From Octopus vulgaris (Eukaryota), in contig OX597840.1 in NCBI GenBank assembly GCA_951406725.2, forward strand, positions 26,598,001-26,662,000: 64,000 bases of DNA, in the 5' to 3' direction. Under the pieces are notes generated by a model, which was not told the origin of the DNA, did no database searches, and was given only the letters and a program-made list of their open reading frames with translations. Shown here piece by piece: positions 14,671 to 29,265 of the stretch. Both the position numbers and the translations under genes were made by a program. Every line of letters begins with the position of its first letter. The first letter of the stretch is position 1.

Positions 14671-15109
14671 TGAAACAAAATCGAAAACTTCTTTCGTTGC
14701 TTTTTTCTTTCTCTCTCTTTAACAAAAAAACGATCTTTTTTTAACCACAACTTTTTACAATTTTCTTTCGTTGTTGTTGTCACAAATTTAAACAATCTGT
14801 CTCCTTCACTTTGATTGATTGATTCTAGTTTCAGCTCATGAGCTGTGGCCATGCTGGGGCATCGCTTTTCTTTTCTTTCATTCTCTCATATTTTCTTTCT
14901 TTCTTTATTTCTTCTTCCTTTCCTTCTGCGTAACTTCTTTCTTCTTATTCTTGTTTTCCTTCACACTTTCCTTCTTTTCTTCTCTCTTCTCTTGCTTTTC
15001 TTTTCATTTCGACTTTTTCTTTCACTTCTTTTTCCATCGTCGTTCTTTCGTCTTCGTCGTCTTTCTTCTTCTTCTTCTTCTTCTTCTTCTTCTTCTTCTT
15101 CTTCTTCTT

Positions 15110-15204
<95 letters not shown>

Positions 15205-15329
15205 ACTTAGATATGTTTCGACCAAAGATTGGTCCAGGCCATGTCTAACTTAATAGCACTATTATTGTTATTACTATTATTATGTGATAAATTGATTTTT
15301 GTCAGCCCTTGTGGCCAATAAAAGAATTA

Positions 15330-15385
<56 letters not shown>

Positions 15386-15495
15386 CTTCACTTCTGCCCT
15401 CTCTTTCTTCTTTCTTTCTTCGTCTTCTTTCACTTCCCCTTCTTCGTCTCATTCTTCTTCTCTTTCTTCTTCTTCTTCTTCTTCTTCTTCTTCTT

Positions 15496-15596
<101 letters not shown>

Positions 15597-15999
15597 TATT
15601 ATCTTCACTTTTGCCTTCTCTTTCTTCTTTCTTTCCCTTCCTCTTCTTCGTCTCATTCTTCTTCTCCTCCTCTTCCTCCCCTTCTTCTCTTCTCTCCATC
15701 TCCGATTTCTTCAAATCCCTTCTTTCACATTCGTCCAAAATATATCACCAACGCATCTTTCCACCCCACCCCCTCCGACCGACTGACCAGCCCCTCCTTA
15801 ACCCTTGACCCACAACGCCACACCTAACTCCTACCCCCTCATCGCCCACCACAAACACACACCTAACCCTTTCCCCTCTGCCTCTACACCCCCAATAACT
15901 TTTCCTACATCCCACCCACCCACGACCAGTTCTCCGAAAAAAAAACCCCACAAACAATTCTTTGTTTATATTCTTGGACAAGAGAACCAGAAATAGACG

Positions 16000-16320
16000 T
16001 ACCCGGGTGACAGGTCAAAAGAGTAGCCATTGGCCTTTATAAGACGGGATGAGGGTGGGTGAAGGGGTCGGGGATTAAGTAGACGTGGTGGTCGTGGTCG
16101 TGGTTGGAGACGGCGGTGGCGGGTCGGTGGTTTGGCCTGCAAATCCGGACGTGGCGGACCGAAATTGCAACGTTTTTCGTTGAAGCGGTTATGGACGGCG
16201 TCGGGTGGCCGGGTGGTTTGGTTTGGCGTTTGGGAAGCGAGACGTAGCGGGGGTGGATAATACCCGGGGGTTTCGATGTCCCAGGCCCGGTTGAGACGGA
16301 CGAGAAATGGCGTTGTTGTC
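16000..16320. promoter_or_regulatory. CpG-rich intronic island, candidate cis-regulatory element
   Basis: ~320 bp unique GC/CpG-dense sequence 1.4 kb into the intron within an AT-rich background; several GTGGTT/GCGGTT RUNX-like cores. Confidence 0.45.
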
Positions 16321-16419
16321 AAACTATGAGTACACAGAATGTGTGTGTGTGTGTGTATGAATGTATGTAGGTGTGATTTGGGTAAACATGCTTGGAGACA
16401 CACACGCATTTTATATGTA

Positions 16420-16492
<73 letters not shown>

Positions 16493-16623
16493 CAAACACA
16501 TTTATACATACATATTATAATCTATCTCCCCCAATCTCTCTGTATAAAGAGATATATTGTCGTATTTCGGGATGGTCATTTTCCTTCTCAAATAAACACA
16601 CGCACTATATGTGTGTCTGTATG

Positions 16624-16682
<59 letters not shown>

Positions 16683-16709
16683 GTGTGTGTCTGCATATGT
16701 TTATATAAA

Positions 16710-16754
<45 letters not shown>

Positions 16755-17002
16755 ATATATATGTATATGTATATATGTATATGTATATATGTGTATATAT
16801 ATGTATATATATACATATATAAACATATATATATGCATATACTCATATAAACATATACAGACATATATACATACATATGTATATATATATATATATATAT
16901 ATTATTTATTATTACTATTTCATTAAACGCATCCATTTCCAAGTAAGTTTATGTATACACACACACACACACACACATATATATACATACATATATATAT
17001 AT

Positions 17003-17102
<100 letters not shown>

Positions 17103-17178
17103 TTATATTTATAGATTTCGTCATCTTGAATGATAGAATGTAAATAAATATATGTGTATGTTACACGTGTGTAATTCA

Positions 17179-17216
<38 letters not shown>

Positions 17217-17498
17217 GAGAGAGAGAGAGAGAGAGAGAGAGCGTGTGTGTGTGTGTGGTGCGTGTGTGTTTCTCTCTACGAGACGACCTCCACTTCCTGA
17301 TTCTGTTTACCGTGTAATATTTACAAGATGAGGTGTCACTGCACACCTCCGCGTCCTGTCGCCGACTGTTTTCCACCAGTGGGCGTCCCGATGTGTGTGT
17401 GTGTGTGTATACATACATGCACGTATATACTATTTCTTTACTACCCACAAGGGGCTGAACATAGAGTGGACAAACACATGCATATATATGTATATATA

Positions 17499-17549
<51 letters not shown>

Positions 17550-17876
17550 GTATATATATATAAATATATATGTATATATATATACATATATATATATGTG
17601 TATGTATATATATATGTGTATGTATATATATATATATATGTATATAAATATGTATATATATGTATATATATATATATATAGATATATAATATGCGTACTT
17701 ACATGCATACAAGGACAGACATAGGTATTAAGACGATTACATCGACCCCAGTGCATAACTGGTACTTAATTCATCGACCCCCCGAAAGGATGAAAGGCAA
17801 AGTCGACATCCATGTGTGTATGTGTGTGCGCGCCCGTGTATATATATATATATATGAGTGTATTTATATATTTGTG

Positions 17877-17974
<98 letters not shown>

Positions 17975-18124
17975 TGTGTAAATGTTCGAAGTCCCAAACA
18001 TACACACAAATATATATTTAAAGAATATAAATATATGAACCGCCGTTTATATGGTTACCTTCTAATTGGATTTTCTATAGATTGGATTTATGATCCCTTA
18101 ATGAGGTTTATTACCTTTACTGGA

Positions 18125-18350
<226 letters not shown>

Positions 18351-18622
18351 TATGTATATATATATATTATATATACATATATATGTATATATATATATTT
18401 AAATATATTATTGTGCAAGATTTTTATGTGAAGTATGTGTTGATATTGTATATTTGATTCATATTATTTAGCATAACACCAAATATATAGTGCGTGTGTA
18501 CTAAATGGCAATATAATTCAAATATAACAATATATATATATATATATATGTATATGATTGATTGATTGATTGATTGATATATATGTATATGTGGGGCATA
18601 TATACATATATATGTATATATA

Positions 18623-18668
<46 letters not shown>

Positions 18669-18736
18669 TATTTATATGTATATATACATATACATATATA
18701 TATATATGTATGTATGTATATGTATATATATATTTT

Positions 18737-18778
<42 letters not shown>

Positions 18779-19189
18779 TATATATATATGTATATATACA
18801 TGTGTATATATATATGTATATATAATATGCGTACTTACATGCATACATATACATAAAAACACATACATACTCAGATAGACACACACACACACCCAGATAC
18901 ATCCATACATATATATACATACACACTCACAGTGGATATAGGCTTGGCCGTGTGGTCAAGAGATTCGCCTTACGACCACAAGGTCCTCGATTCTATCTTC
19001 AATAGGCGTGGAATGTTGAGCAAGCATCATTTACTTCAGCCCCAGTTTGATCCCTAATCCTCACGAATAGAATTGGGTCCGTAAGAAACTGGGGAAATTC
19101 GTTCGTTGGAAGGTCTGCTTATCTTAATTCAAGGGGACAATTTTGTCACACAGTTTGTTTCGTTTTACTGTCTGAGAATTATGTCAAGG

Positions 19190-19538
19190 CAAGGGTCCTC
19201 AACTATTTAAAAAAATCTACAGACCCCTTTTATTACTGTTTCATTCTGGTGGATCCCTGCTAGCCATTTGATGTTCAAAAACTAGTTTTATAGAAACTCC
19301 TTTCAAAATTCCCATTTTGTTTTTCACATATTAACTTGCGGTGGTGCCCCAGCATGGCCGCGGCCTTCGAGCTAAAACATTTTTAAGGATTTGCGATGTA
19401 TACCAATACATATATCTAAAATAACCTTTTTTTCAGGGGACCTTATTGTAGATTCCCGATTTACTGTTTTGTTCCCTAAACTTGCAAAACTTTATAAAGA
19501 TCCTTAGGAGCCGTATGGACCCCGGTTGAGAACCACTG
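19190..19538. mobile_element. hAT (Charlie-like) MITE nested in a SINE
   Basis: TIRs CAAGGGTCCTCAAC / GTTGAGAACCACTG; 8-bp TSD TGTCAAGG / TGTTAAGG. Confidence 0.75.
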
Positions 19539-19561
19539 TGTTAAGGGTACAAGGGTGCACT

Positions 19562-19854
19562 CAGTGCTGACTTAGGGCATGGACACACTTGGCAGTTACC
19601 CAGGGGCTTCGTAGGTCAAGGGGCCCAGTTCTAATCAATATATCAGTAAATATATGCTACAGGGGTCTATGCATTGATTTGCCCAGAAGCCCTTATTGGT
19701 CTAGGGGGTTAATTCTAATCTATATATGTTGTGGATTACCGTCAATAAATATATAATATAGGGCCCAGCTGTCACTTGCTGTCGATAAATAAATACTTCA
19801 GGGCCCAATGAATTAATTTCTCTGGGGTCCTTTTATGCTGCTAAGTCGACCCTA
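19562..19854. mobile_element. Second hAT-like MITE in the same SINE
   Basis: Imperfect TIRs CAGTGCTGACTTAG / CTAAGTCGACCCTA; host SINE resumes at GGTACATGTGTCTATGGAATACTCAGCC. Confidence 0.5.
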
Positions 19855-20220
19855 GGTACATGTGTCTATGGAATACTCAGCCGCTTGTACAATAAATGAA
19901 GTAGTTAAGACCAACGGAGAACCCGTTTAGTTTAGAGAGATTCAGAATTCAGTTCTGTTTTACTAGTTACAGTCAGTGGACTGTGGTCATGCTAGAGCAC
20001 CGCAGTGAAGGGCTCAGCCTCTCCATTCGAAGTCGGTTTCTTCTTTGACGACGTTGTTAATGTTACGGGGGACGTAAGCAAACCAACACCGGTTGTCAAG
20101 TGGTGAGAGACCAGCTTACACACGCGCGCGTGCATGCGAAGGGATTCTACCCAGTTTCCGTTGAATAAATTCACACACAAGGCAATCACTGGGTCAATCC
20201 AGGGCCCGGTGCTTTATATA

Positions 20221-20329
<109 letters not shown>

Positions 20330-20466
20330 TAGAAGATACCTGCTTCGCGATGCTGTGCAGGGAGACGCACCCGAAACCACTTGATTGCAAAACGGACATC
20401 TTAACCACCCAATCATGTCCACAACTATAAATGGATTTGGTAGACGGAAACTGAAAGAAGCCCGTC

Positions 20467-20564
<98 letters not shown>

Positions 20565-20955
20565 GTGTATATATATTTGTGTGTTTGTGTGTGTTTGTCT
20601 CTCCTTCCAACCACAATCGCTTGACAACCAATATTGGTGTGTTTAGGTCGCCGTAGCTTAGCCGTTCGGCAAAAGAGATCGATGGAAAGAATAAGTCCTG
20701 GGGGTCGGTATGTTCGAGTAAAGGCGGTGCTCCAGCATGGCCGCAGCCAAATGACTAAAACAAATAAAAGCATGTGTTGATGTTGTACATTAATGTTTTT
20801 TTGTTGTTGTTGAGTTACAATAAAAACAATTCTACATAAAATCTGATGCAAGAATAGTGTTGTTAGTGACTTCGAAGTAATAAGCCTGCAAAAATTCTTC
20901 TAGGCGGTGCCCCTGCATGGCCACGATCAAATGACTGAAACAAGAAAAGGATTAA

Positions 20956-20995
<40 letters not shown>

Positions 20996-21128
20996 CTTAA
21001 AGAACTCTTCAGCTCTACTATCTCAATATTCTTAAAATTCAAATCGGCATCTTTGTCTATATATCTACCTTCTCTGTAATGTTATCAATTAATATGAAAA
21101 TTATGTATCAATGGGAAACATCTATAAA

Positions 21129-21212
21129 TGGCTGATGATTGCTCAACATTTTAAATCTGTTGTAATATTTACAATATTTGATAAAATGATGTAGCGTGAA
21201 ACGATCGTACCA
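21129..21212 (+). ncRNA. Type I hammerhead motif with long stem II in TA-flanked element ~20994-21237
   Basis: ugg-CUGAUGA-(59-nt imperfect hairpin)-GAA-ACGAUCGU-A-cca. Stem III is a perfect 8-nt palindrome; predicted GUA cleavage 3' of 21209. Confidence 0.7.
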
Positions 21213-21235
21213 AATTACCGAACATATTCTTGTTG

Positions 21236-21346
<111 letters not shown>

Positions 21347-21489
21347 ATATGTATGTATATATATATATATATGTATGTATATATATATATATGTATGTAT
21401 ATATATATATATATGTATGTATATATATGTATATATATATATATGTATGTATATATATATATATGAATGTATATATATTTTTAATTATG

Positions 21490-21612
<123 letters not shown>

Positions 21613-21621
21613 ATATATATG

Positions 21622-21720
<99 letters not shown>

Positions 21721-22126
21721 GTCTACGGAATACTCAACCACAGGCATAGTAAGTTAATGAGCCTAGAAATTTAATTGGTCGAACAATTGAGCACTCAAAG
21801 CCCAGAATTTCTAACACAGATCCGTGTTGAGACATAATTCTTGGAATAAGGGTTTTAGTGATCCGGGTTCAGAAATAATTCTTGGAATATGGGAACATGC
21901 CATATCGTATGACTGTCAGGATCGCCATTCCATATAAACTCTACGCTTGGAGTTTCCGCATGTCTTTTGTCATTTTCTGGTTTCCGTCATCGGACTGCGG
22001 CCATGCTGGGGCAACGTCTTGAAAGGTTTTTAGTCAAACAAATCACTCGTTTTTTTTGGGTTTTTTTTGCGGAACTGCTGGCTTATAGGAGCGTAAACAA
22101 ACCAACAGCGGCTGTCATTACGCACA

Positions 22127-22210
<84 letters not shown>

Positions 22211-22619
22211 ATCACGTTTCTGCTTATGTCGAGTTATAATAAAAGCAATTTCGCATTAAACAATATTTTTTCACGGGTTCATGTTTATTACACTTCTACA
22301 AGAAGAAGGTTGATAGTGACTTCGAAGTTTCGGCCTGCTCAGTCCGAAGAAGGCTAGCCGAACCTGCAAAGCCACTATCACTACTTTTTCTCAAAAAGTA
22401 TAATTATATATATATGCTCCCTCACTCCCTCTCTCCCCTTCTCTCTCCCCCTCTCCCTCTTTCCTCCTTCATCCCTCTCCTCCCCTTCCTTCTCCCCATC
22501 CTCTCCTCTTCACCCTCCCCTCCCCCTCTTCTTCCCCTCCCCTTCTCCCCCTCTTCTCCCCTCCCCTCTTCTCCTCACTACACCACATGACTTTACACAT
22601 CACATCACATATGATGTGC

Positions 22620-22950
22620 CATACTAATACACTCACCAACTAATACATACTAATACGTACTAATACATACTAGTACATACTAATACTTACACCAACCCTA
22701 TACATACACACGTCCAGACCCCGCATACGCACTTATACTCTCTCACACACACACACACACACCTATACATACCAATACGTACTAATACATACTAATACAT
22801 ACTAATACATACACCAACCCCATACATACGCACGTCCAGACCAATCCCACGCACTGATACTCTCTCATACACACACACACACACACCCTTATACATACTA
22901 ATACATACACCAACCCTATACATACACATCCAGACCCCTCCCACGCACTT
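22620..22950. repeat. Three ~95-125-bp tandem units
   Basis: CACCAACCC.ATACATAC..AC.TCCAGACC at about 22690, 22813 and 22908. Confidence 0.7.
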
Positions 22951-23108
22951 TTAGCTGGTCCCTCAACCCTATTATCTCCCCTTATTTCGCTCTCGCGTCT
23001 CATGTTTGATCTTTGACCTCTGGCCGAAATCAGATCGCCATGTTGATTCGTTAGCTACTGCACGCATTTTTTTCTCTCCTTCTTTCTGTGTTTTTCTCTC
23101 TCTGTGTA

Positions 23109-23146
23109 TCTTTCTGTTGAAGAGCGTAGGCTCGAAACGTTAAAGA
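23109..23146 (+). ncRNA. Minimal hammerhead motif (A6U variant), family H2; element ends at (TA)n near 23245
   Basis: ucuuu-CUGUUGA-a-gagc(guag)gcuc-GAAA-CGUU-aaaga, 5-bp stem I. Confidence 0.65.
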
Positions 23147-23243
23147 CTTGTTTTATTTATATTTCCTGAGCGCCATACTAATACAATTGTTCGTTTGTTT
23201 TCCACCTGCCTTCGTCTTTTGTTTATTTTCATAAAGCTTCCCG

Positions 23244-23340
<97 letters not shown>

Positions 23341-23433
23341 TAATCCAAACAAGAAAACACAAAAAAAAAACACAACAATGCGAGGACGTGGAACAAATAT
23401 AGTATTATTGGACGCTCAGGAATGAAGGGGAGG

Positions 23434-23468
23434 GTTTAACGTTTCGAGCGGAGCTCTTCATCGGAAAC
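23434..23468 (-). ncRNA. Minimal hammerhead motif (U4C variant) in H1 element 23339-23520
   Basis: guuu-CCGAUGA-a-gagc(ucc)gcuc-GAAA-CGUU-aaac. Confidence 0.65.
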
Positions 23469-23517
23469 ATAGGAGAAGGGAAGACAGAGGGAAAAATCGC
23501 CATCGGTACACACGAGG

Positions 23518-23567
<50 letters not shown>

Positions 23568-23712
23568 GACAGGCTTCTTTCCACTCAAGGCTTTGGTCAG
23601 CCCAAGGCTATTGTAGAAGACACTTGCCCAAGGTGTCAAAGGTGTCACGCAGTGGGACTGAACCCGGAACTATGAGGCTGGGGAACAAGCTTCTTACCTT
23701 ATAGATAGAAGC

Positions 23713-23750
<38 letters not shown>

Positions 23751-24326
23751 TACATACCAGAGAAAGAAAGAAGTTTGGTGTATACCCAAATTTAAAATGA
23801 TTCCTTTCAGTTTCCCTCAACCAGATTCACTCACAAGACATGGGACAGCTAGGGTTATGGTAAGAAAACAAAAAAAAGAAAAAAATCTACCCACGGTGCC
23901 ACGCAGTGGAACTGAACCTGAGCCGAAGTGGTTGCAACGCGAGCTTCTTAACCACTCAGCCACGCGAAGTTTCTTTTAGTAACCAAAACATTTTTGGAAA
24001 TTTTAAATAATGAATAATTTTCCTGTCCAAGACCAGTTATCGATCTCTGCCTGCTGGAAATTCCATTTGAATGAAACCATTTTGGTCAAGGAATTCTCTG
24101 ATATGCATTCTTATTTTAAAGAATTATTCGCTTTTCGTTGGATTATTGCAATGGTATTCTTTTAGTCTTTTACTTGTTTCAGACTGTAGCCATGCTGGAG
24201 CAGGACTTATTCTTTGTAAGCCTAGTACTTATTCTATCGGAATATTTTGCCGAACCGCTAAGTTACGGAGACGTAAACACACCAGCATCGGTTGTCAAGC
24301 GATGGTGGGGTGACAAACAAACACAG

Positions 24327-24358
<32 letters not shown>

Positions 24359-24514
24359 TTGATGGGCTTCTTTCAGTTTCCGTCTACCAAATCCACTCAC
24401 AAGGATTTGGTCGGCCCGAGACTAGAGCAGAAAACACTTGCCCAAGGTACCACACAGTGGGACTGAACCCAGAACCATGTGGTTGGTAAGCAAGCTTCTT
24501 ACCTCACAGCCTCT

Positions 24515-24555
<41 letters not shown>

Positions 24556-24847
24556 CAGTATATTGAATGAATATTTATACATTATATTTAATATATATGA
24601 TATATTATATAGGCCATGTATGATACATATATACATATATATGACGGGTTTCTTTCAGTTTCCGTCTGTCAAATCCACTCACAAGGCTTTGGTCGGCCCG
24701 AGGCTATAGTAGAAGACACTTGGCCAAAGTGCCACGCAGTAGGATTGAACACGGAGCTATGGGGTTGGTAAGCAAGCTACTTACCACACAGCCACTCCTG
24801 ATAATATATGTGTGTATAGGGCATTAAGTGTATACATATAATGCGCT

Positions 24848-25115
24848 CAACAGGCCCTGCCCAGTTTAACATTGTCCCAAAACTGATCAAAGAGGAAAAG
24901 GATCCCATCACCTTTAAACGGAGTCAGGACAGATTTCTTCAAGGAATACCGGATAAGCCACCCATACCTGGATACAACTGACTCAACAAGAACTCACTAC
25001 TTGAATGGACCATAAACAAAACTTGACTTAAACAGGATTTAGATAATCCTATCAGGTGGTGCTATTAAGTTAGACATAGCCTTGACCAATCTTTGGTCGA
25101 AACATATCTAAGTTT
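24848..25115 (+). mobile_element. Shorter 3' fragment of the same CR1/L2-group LINE (shorter tails also at 15203-15260 - and 31506-31573 +)
   Basis: TGPA.FNIVPKLIKEEKDPITFKR..DRFLQG and matching 3'UTR GGATTTAGATAATCCTATCAGGTGGTGC... Confidence 0.85.
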
Positions 25116-25165
25116 TATAGGTGCTGTTTGTGACGATTAAATTTTTCACATATCTACATATGAAG

Positions 25166-25207
<42 letters not shown>

Positions 25208-25298
25208 AAGGGAAAGTTTACGAAAATAAACAAAAGACGAAGGCAGGTGATGTACAAACAAACAATTGTATTAGTATAGCGCTCAGGAATAGAAAAAG

Positions 25299-25336
25299 TC
25301 TTTTACGTTTCGAGCCTACGCTCTTCTACAGAAAGA
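25299..25336 (-). ncRNA. Minimal hammerhead motif (A6U variant), family H2 element 25208-25372
   Basis: ucuuu-CUGUAGA-a-gagc(guag)gcuc-GAAA-CGUA-aaaga; element lies between two (TA)n tracts. Confidence 0.65.
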
Positions 25337-25440
25337 TACACAGAAAAAAAGGAGAGAAAAAATGTGTGTAGTTATATATATATATATATATATATAAATC
25401 GATAAGTGGTACAACAAGGCACCAATATTTATGTATATAT

Positions 25441-25499
<59 letters not shown>

Positions 25500-25716
25500 A
25501 ATAAGAATAAGAGAATGGAGGGGATCAATAGGTGGTTCATCAACTTTTAGACATTATATTATGTCAACTTATATATTTATTTACTAAAATTACAAATTCA
25601 AATATTTACAACAATTACAAGAATATACATTCATGTATAACATATTATGCTTTACATATAAAATATATTAATATATAAAGATACCAGTAATTATTAAAAT
25701 GTAACATACAGGAATG

Positions 25717-25753
<37 letters not shown>

Positions 25754-26118
25754 AATATAACATATGTATATACACACAGAGTGAGAGAGTGGGTTGGAGC
25801 ATGTTGATGTAGACAGTAAATATAGAACTCAATATATGAGTGAGAGTATATGTATATTTTTATTAATATTAAGCGAATGAGTCATGGTCGGAGAGGTTCG
25901 TGAGATGACACTTGACAAGCGTCAACGCACGAACCTCTCGGACCCTGAGTCATCCGCTTACTTCTGCCAAATATACATACATACATACATACATATATAT
26001 ATATATATATTGTAATGTATTTGCATGTGTGTGTGTGTATAAATATGCATATATTCATATATGTTTGCGTATGCACCTATGTATGTTTATATGTTTATAT
26101 ATATATATACATGTATAT

Positions 26119-26149
<31 letters not shown>

Positions 26150-26240
26150 CATATATATACATATATATACACGTTTAAATATTTGTTGTGCAAGATATTT
26201 TATGTGAAGTCGTGTGTTGAAATATAACAATATAACAATA

Positions 26241-26300
<60 letters not shown>

Positions 26301-26963
26301 TGCATATATAAGTGTGTGTCGGTACGTATGCAAATTAGTGTACACACAGACATATACATATGTGTGTGTGTATATATATATATACACACAATAATCCGCG
26401 AAGTAGAAACAGTGCTGTACTGTATATTTTTTATCTTATACTTTTTTTTTTGTAATTTGTATATATTTATTTTATTAGAAATGCAAAACAACATAACAAC
26501 ATCGCGGAGGAAACGATGTCAGCTTAAATGATAAACCGCGATAAGCGAACCGCGATATGGCGAGGAGTACACCGTGTACAATTCTGTGTGTGAATTATCT
26601 TCTTGTTGAGATTGATCCATGATTGAGTGAAGATTCTAGCATTACGTGCCAAGGTGCTTTCTCAGCCACTCCTGCACCGATCTCAGCCAATGAAATTAAT
26701 TTATACTCTTTTTCATGTTTTGAGTTCTTCTCCTCTTCGGAATCTCAAACATATCTATGTATGTGTGTGTGTGTATATATATATTCTTTTATTATTATAC
26801 CTGCTTCAGTCATTTTGACTGCGACCATGCTGGAGCACCGTCTTTTTAGTCGAAGAAATCGACCCCCCGTACGCAACTGGTACTTATTTATCGACCCTAG
26901 GCAAAGTCGACCTCGGTGGAATTTGAACTCAGAACATAAAGACAGACGAAATACATATGCATG

Positions 26964-26995
<32 letters not shown>

Positions 26996-27174
26996 TGTAT
27001 GTATGTATGTATGTATGTATGTATGTATGTATGTATGTATATATATATATATATATGAAGAAAGATTATATTTAAAATTATTAATTGTATAACAAATACC
27101 ATAGAGAAACAGAATGACACAAACTTTTCTATATATATACATATACACACACACACACATATATATATATATAC

Positions 27175-27208
<34 letters not shown>

Positions 27209-27248
27209 ACATACATATATATATATATATACATACATATATATATAC

Positions 27249-27304
<56 letters not shown>

Positions 27305-27309
27305 TTACA

Positions 27310-27340
<31 letters not shown>

Positions 27341-27377
27341 TATTTATATATATATATTACATATATATATATATATT

Positions 27378-27484
<107 letters not shown>

Positions 27485-27641
27485 TTATAAATAAGGATAA
27501 TATCGATATTATCAAGTGGCCAGCATGGGAATAAATACCATATAAACGTAATAATTTTTTACAACTATAAATAAGGGTGTCTGGTTTTTAGAGTCAGGGA
27601 TTTGACTGCTATTTCGGCATGGTGGTGTCTCTCATACACCC

Positions 27642-27687
<46 letters not shown>

Positions 27688-27764
27688 CAATATAATACAT
27701 AAATAAAACATATGCATATATGCATACATATATGTACATACTTACATCTATATGTATATATACA

Positions 27765-27798
<34 letters not shown>

Positions 27799-27908
27799 GG
27801 AGTAAACACATAAATGTGAAACAAGGTGGAAAAAAGAGTACTCAAATACCAGTGGTAGAGTAATATGCTTTATTTTAAGCAGCAGAAAATTCTGCTGCTT
27901 AAAATAAA

Positions 27909-28330
<422 letters not shown>

Positions 28331-28816
28331 GTCGGATTTGGTTGACGGAATCTCCAAGAAGCCGGTCATATATACACACATATATATATACACACTAATG
28401 AAGGGGCGTGTTGTTGAGCAGAGGCAGAGCTTTCATCTTTATGTTCGATGTTGAAATGACGAAATTGAAATTTAAACGAAAAATTAATCAACGTTTTGCG
28501 AAAGAATGAAGAAATTTTAATTAATTAGTCTCAAGTTGTTTCTTTCTGAATCCACAGTCAGATTTGTTTAGTAAATATTTCGTTAGTTTTTTGTCTGTTT
28601 TTTTTTTTTTCTTAATTAAAAAATATCACTACAAAGGTGCCGGTTTTGGGTGTGCTGGTAATAAGTCTGCTTCCCAACCACATGGTTCCGGTTTCAGTCC
28701 CACTGGGCTAAGTGTCTTCTTGTATCGCTCCGGGGCTGACCAAAGCCATATGAATGGATTTGGTTGACGGAAACTCCAAGAAGCCGGTCATATATACATA
28801 TATATATATATATACA

Positions 28817-28948
<132 letters not shown>

Positions 28949-29049
28949 ATATATATATATGTACATATATATATATATATGTATATATGTATATATATGT
29001 ATATGTATATATGTGTGCGTCTGTCTGTCTCTCCCTCTCTCTTTCTCTT

Positions 29050-29085
<36 letters not shown>

Positions 29086-29265
29086 GATACGACGGGCTAT
29101 GATCAAAGACATTCCAACTGTGACCATCCTGTCTTTTATTGAAACACAATGTACCTAATGTGATCCTTTTTCTTTTGTTACGCCTATGTCACCTGAAGCA
29201 GATATGCAATCAAAGACGTCCCACCCGTGACCATCCTACCTATTTTTCAAACACAGTGTATCGAG

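Noticed and set aside
25078-25113. Hairpin followed by GAAACATATCTA, resembling a hammerhead 3' half
   Set aside because: No CUGANGA upstream in any of the copies; better explained as the LINE 3' stem-loop.
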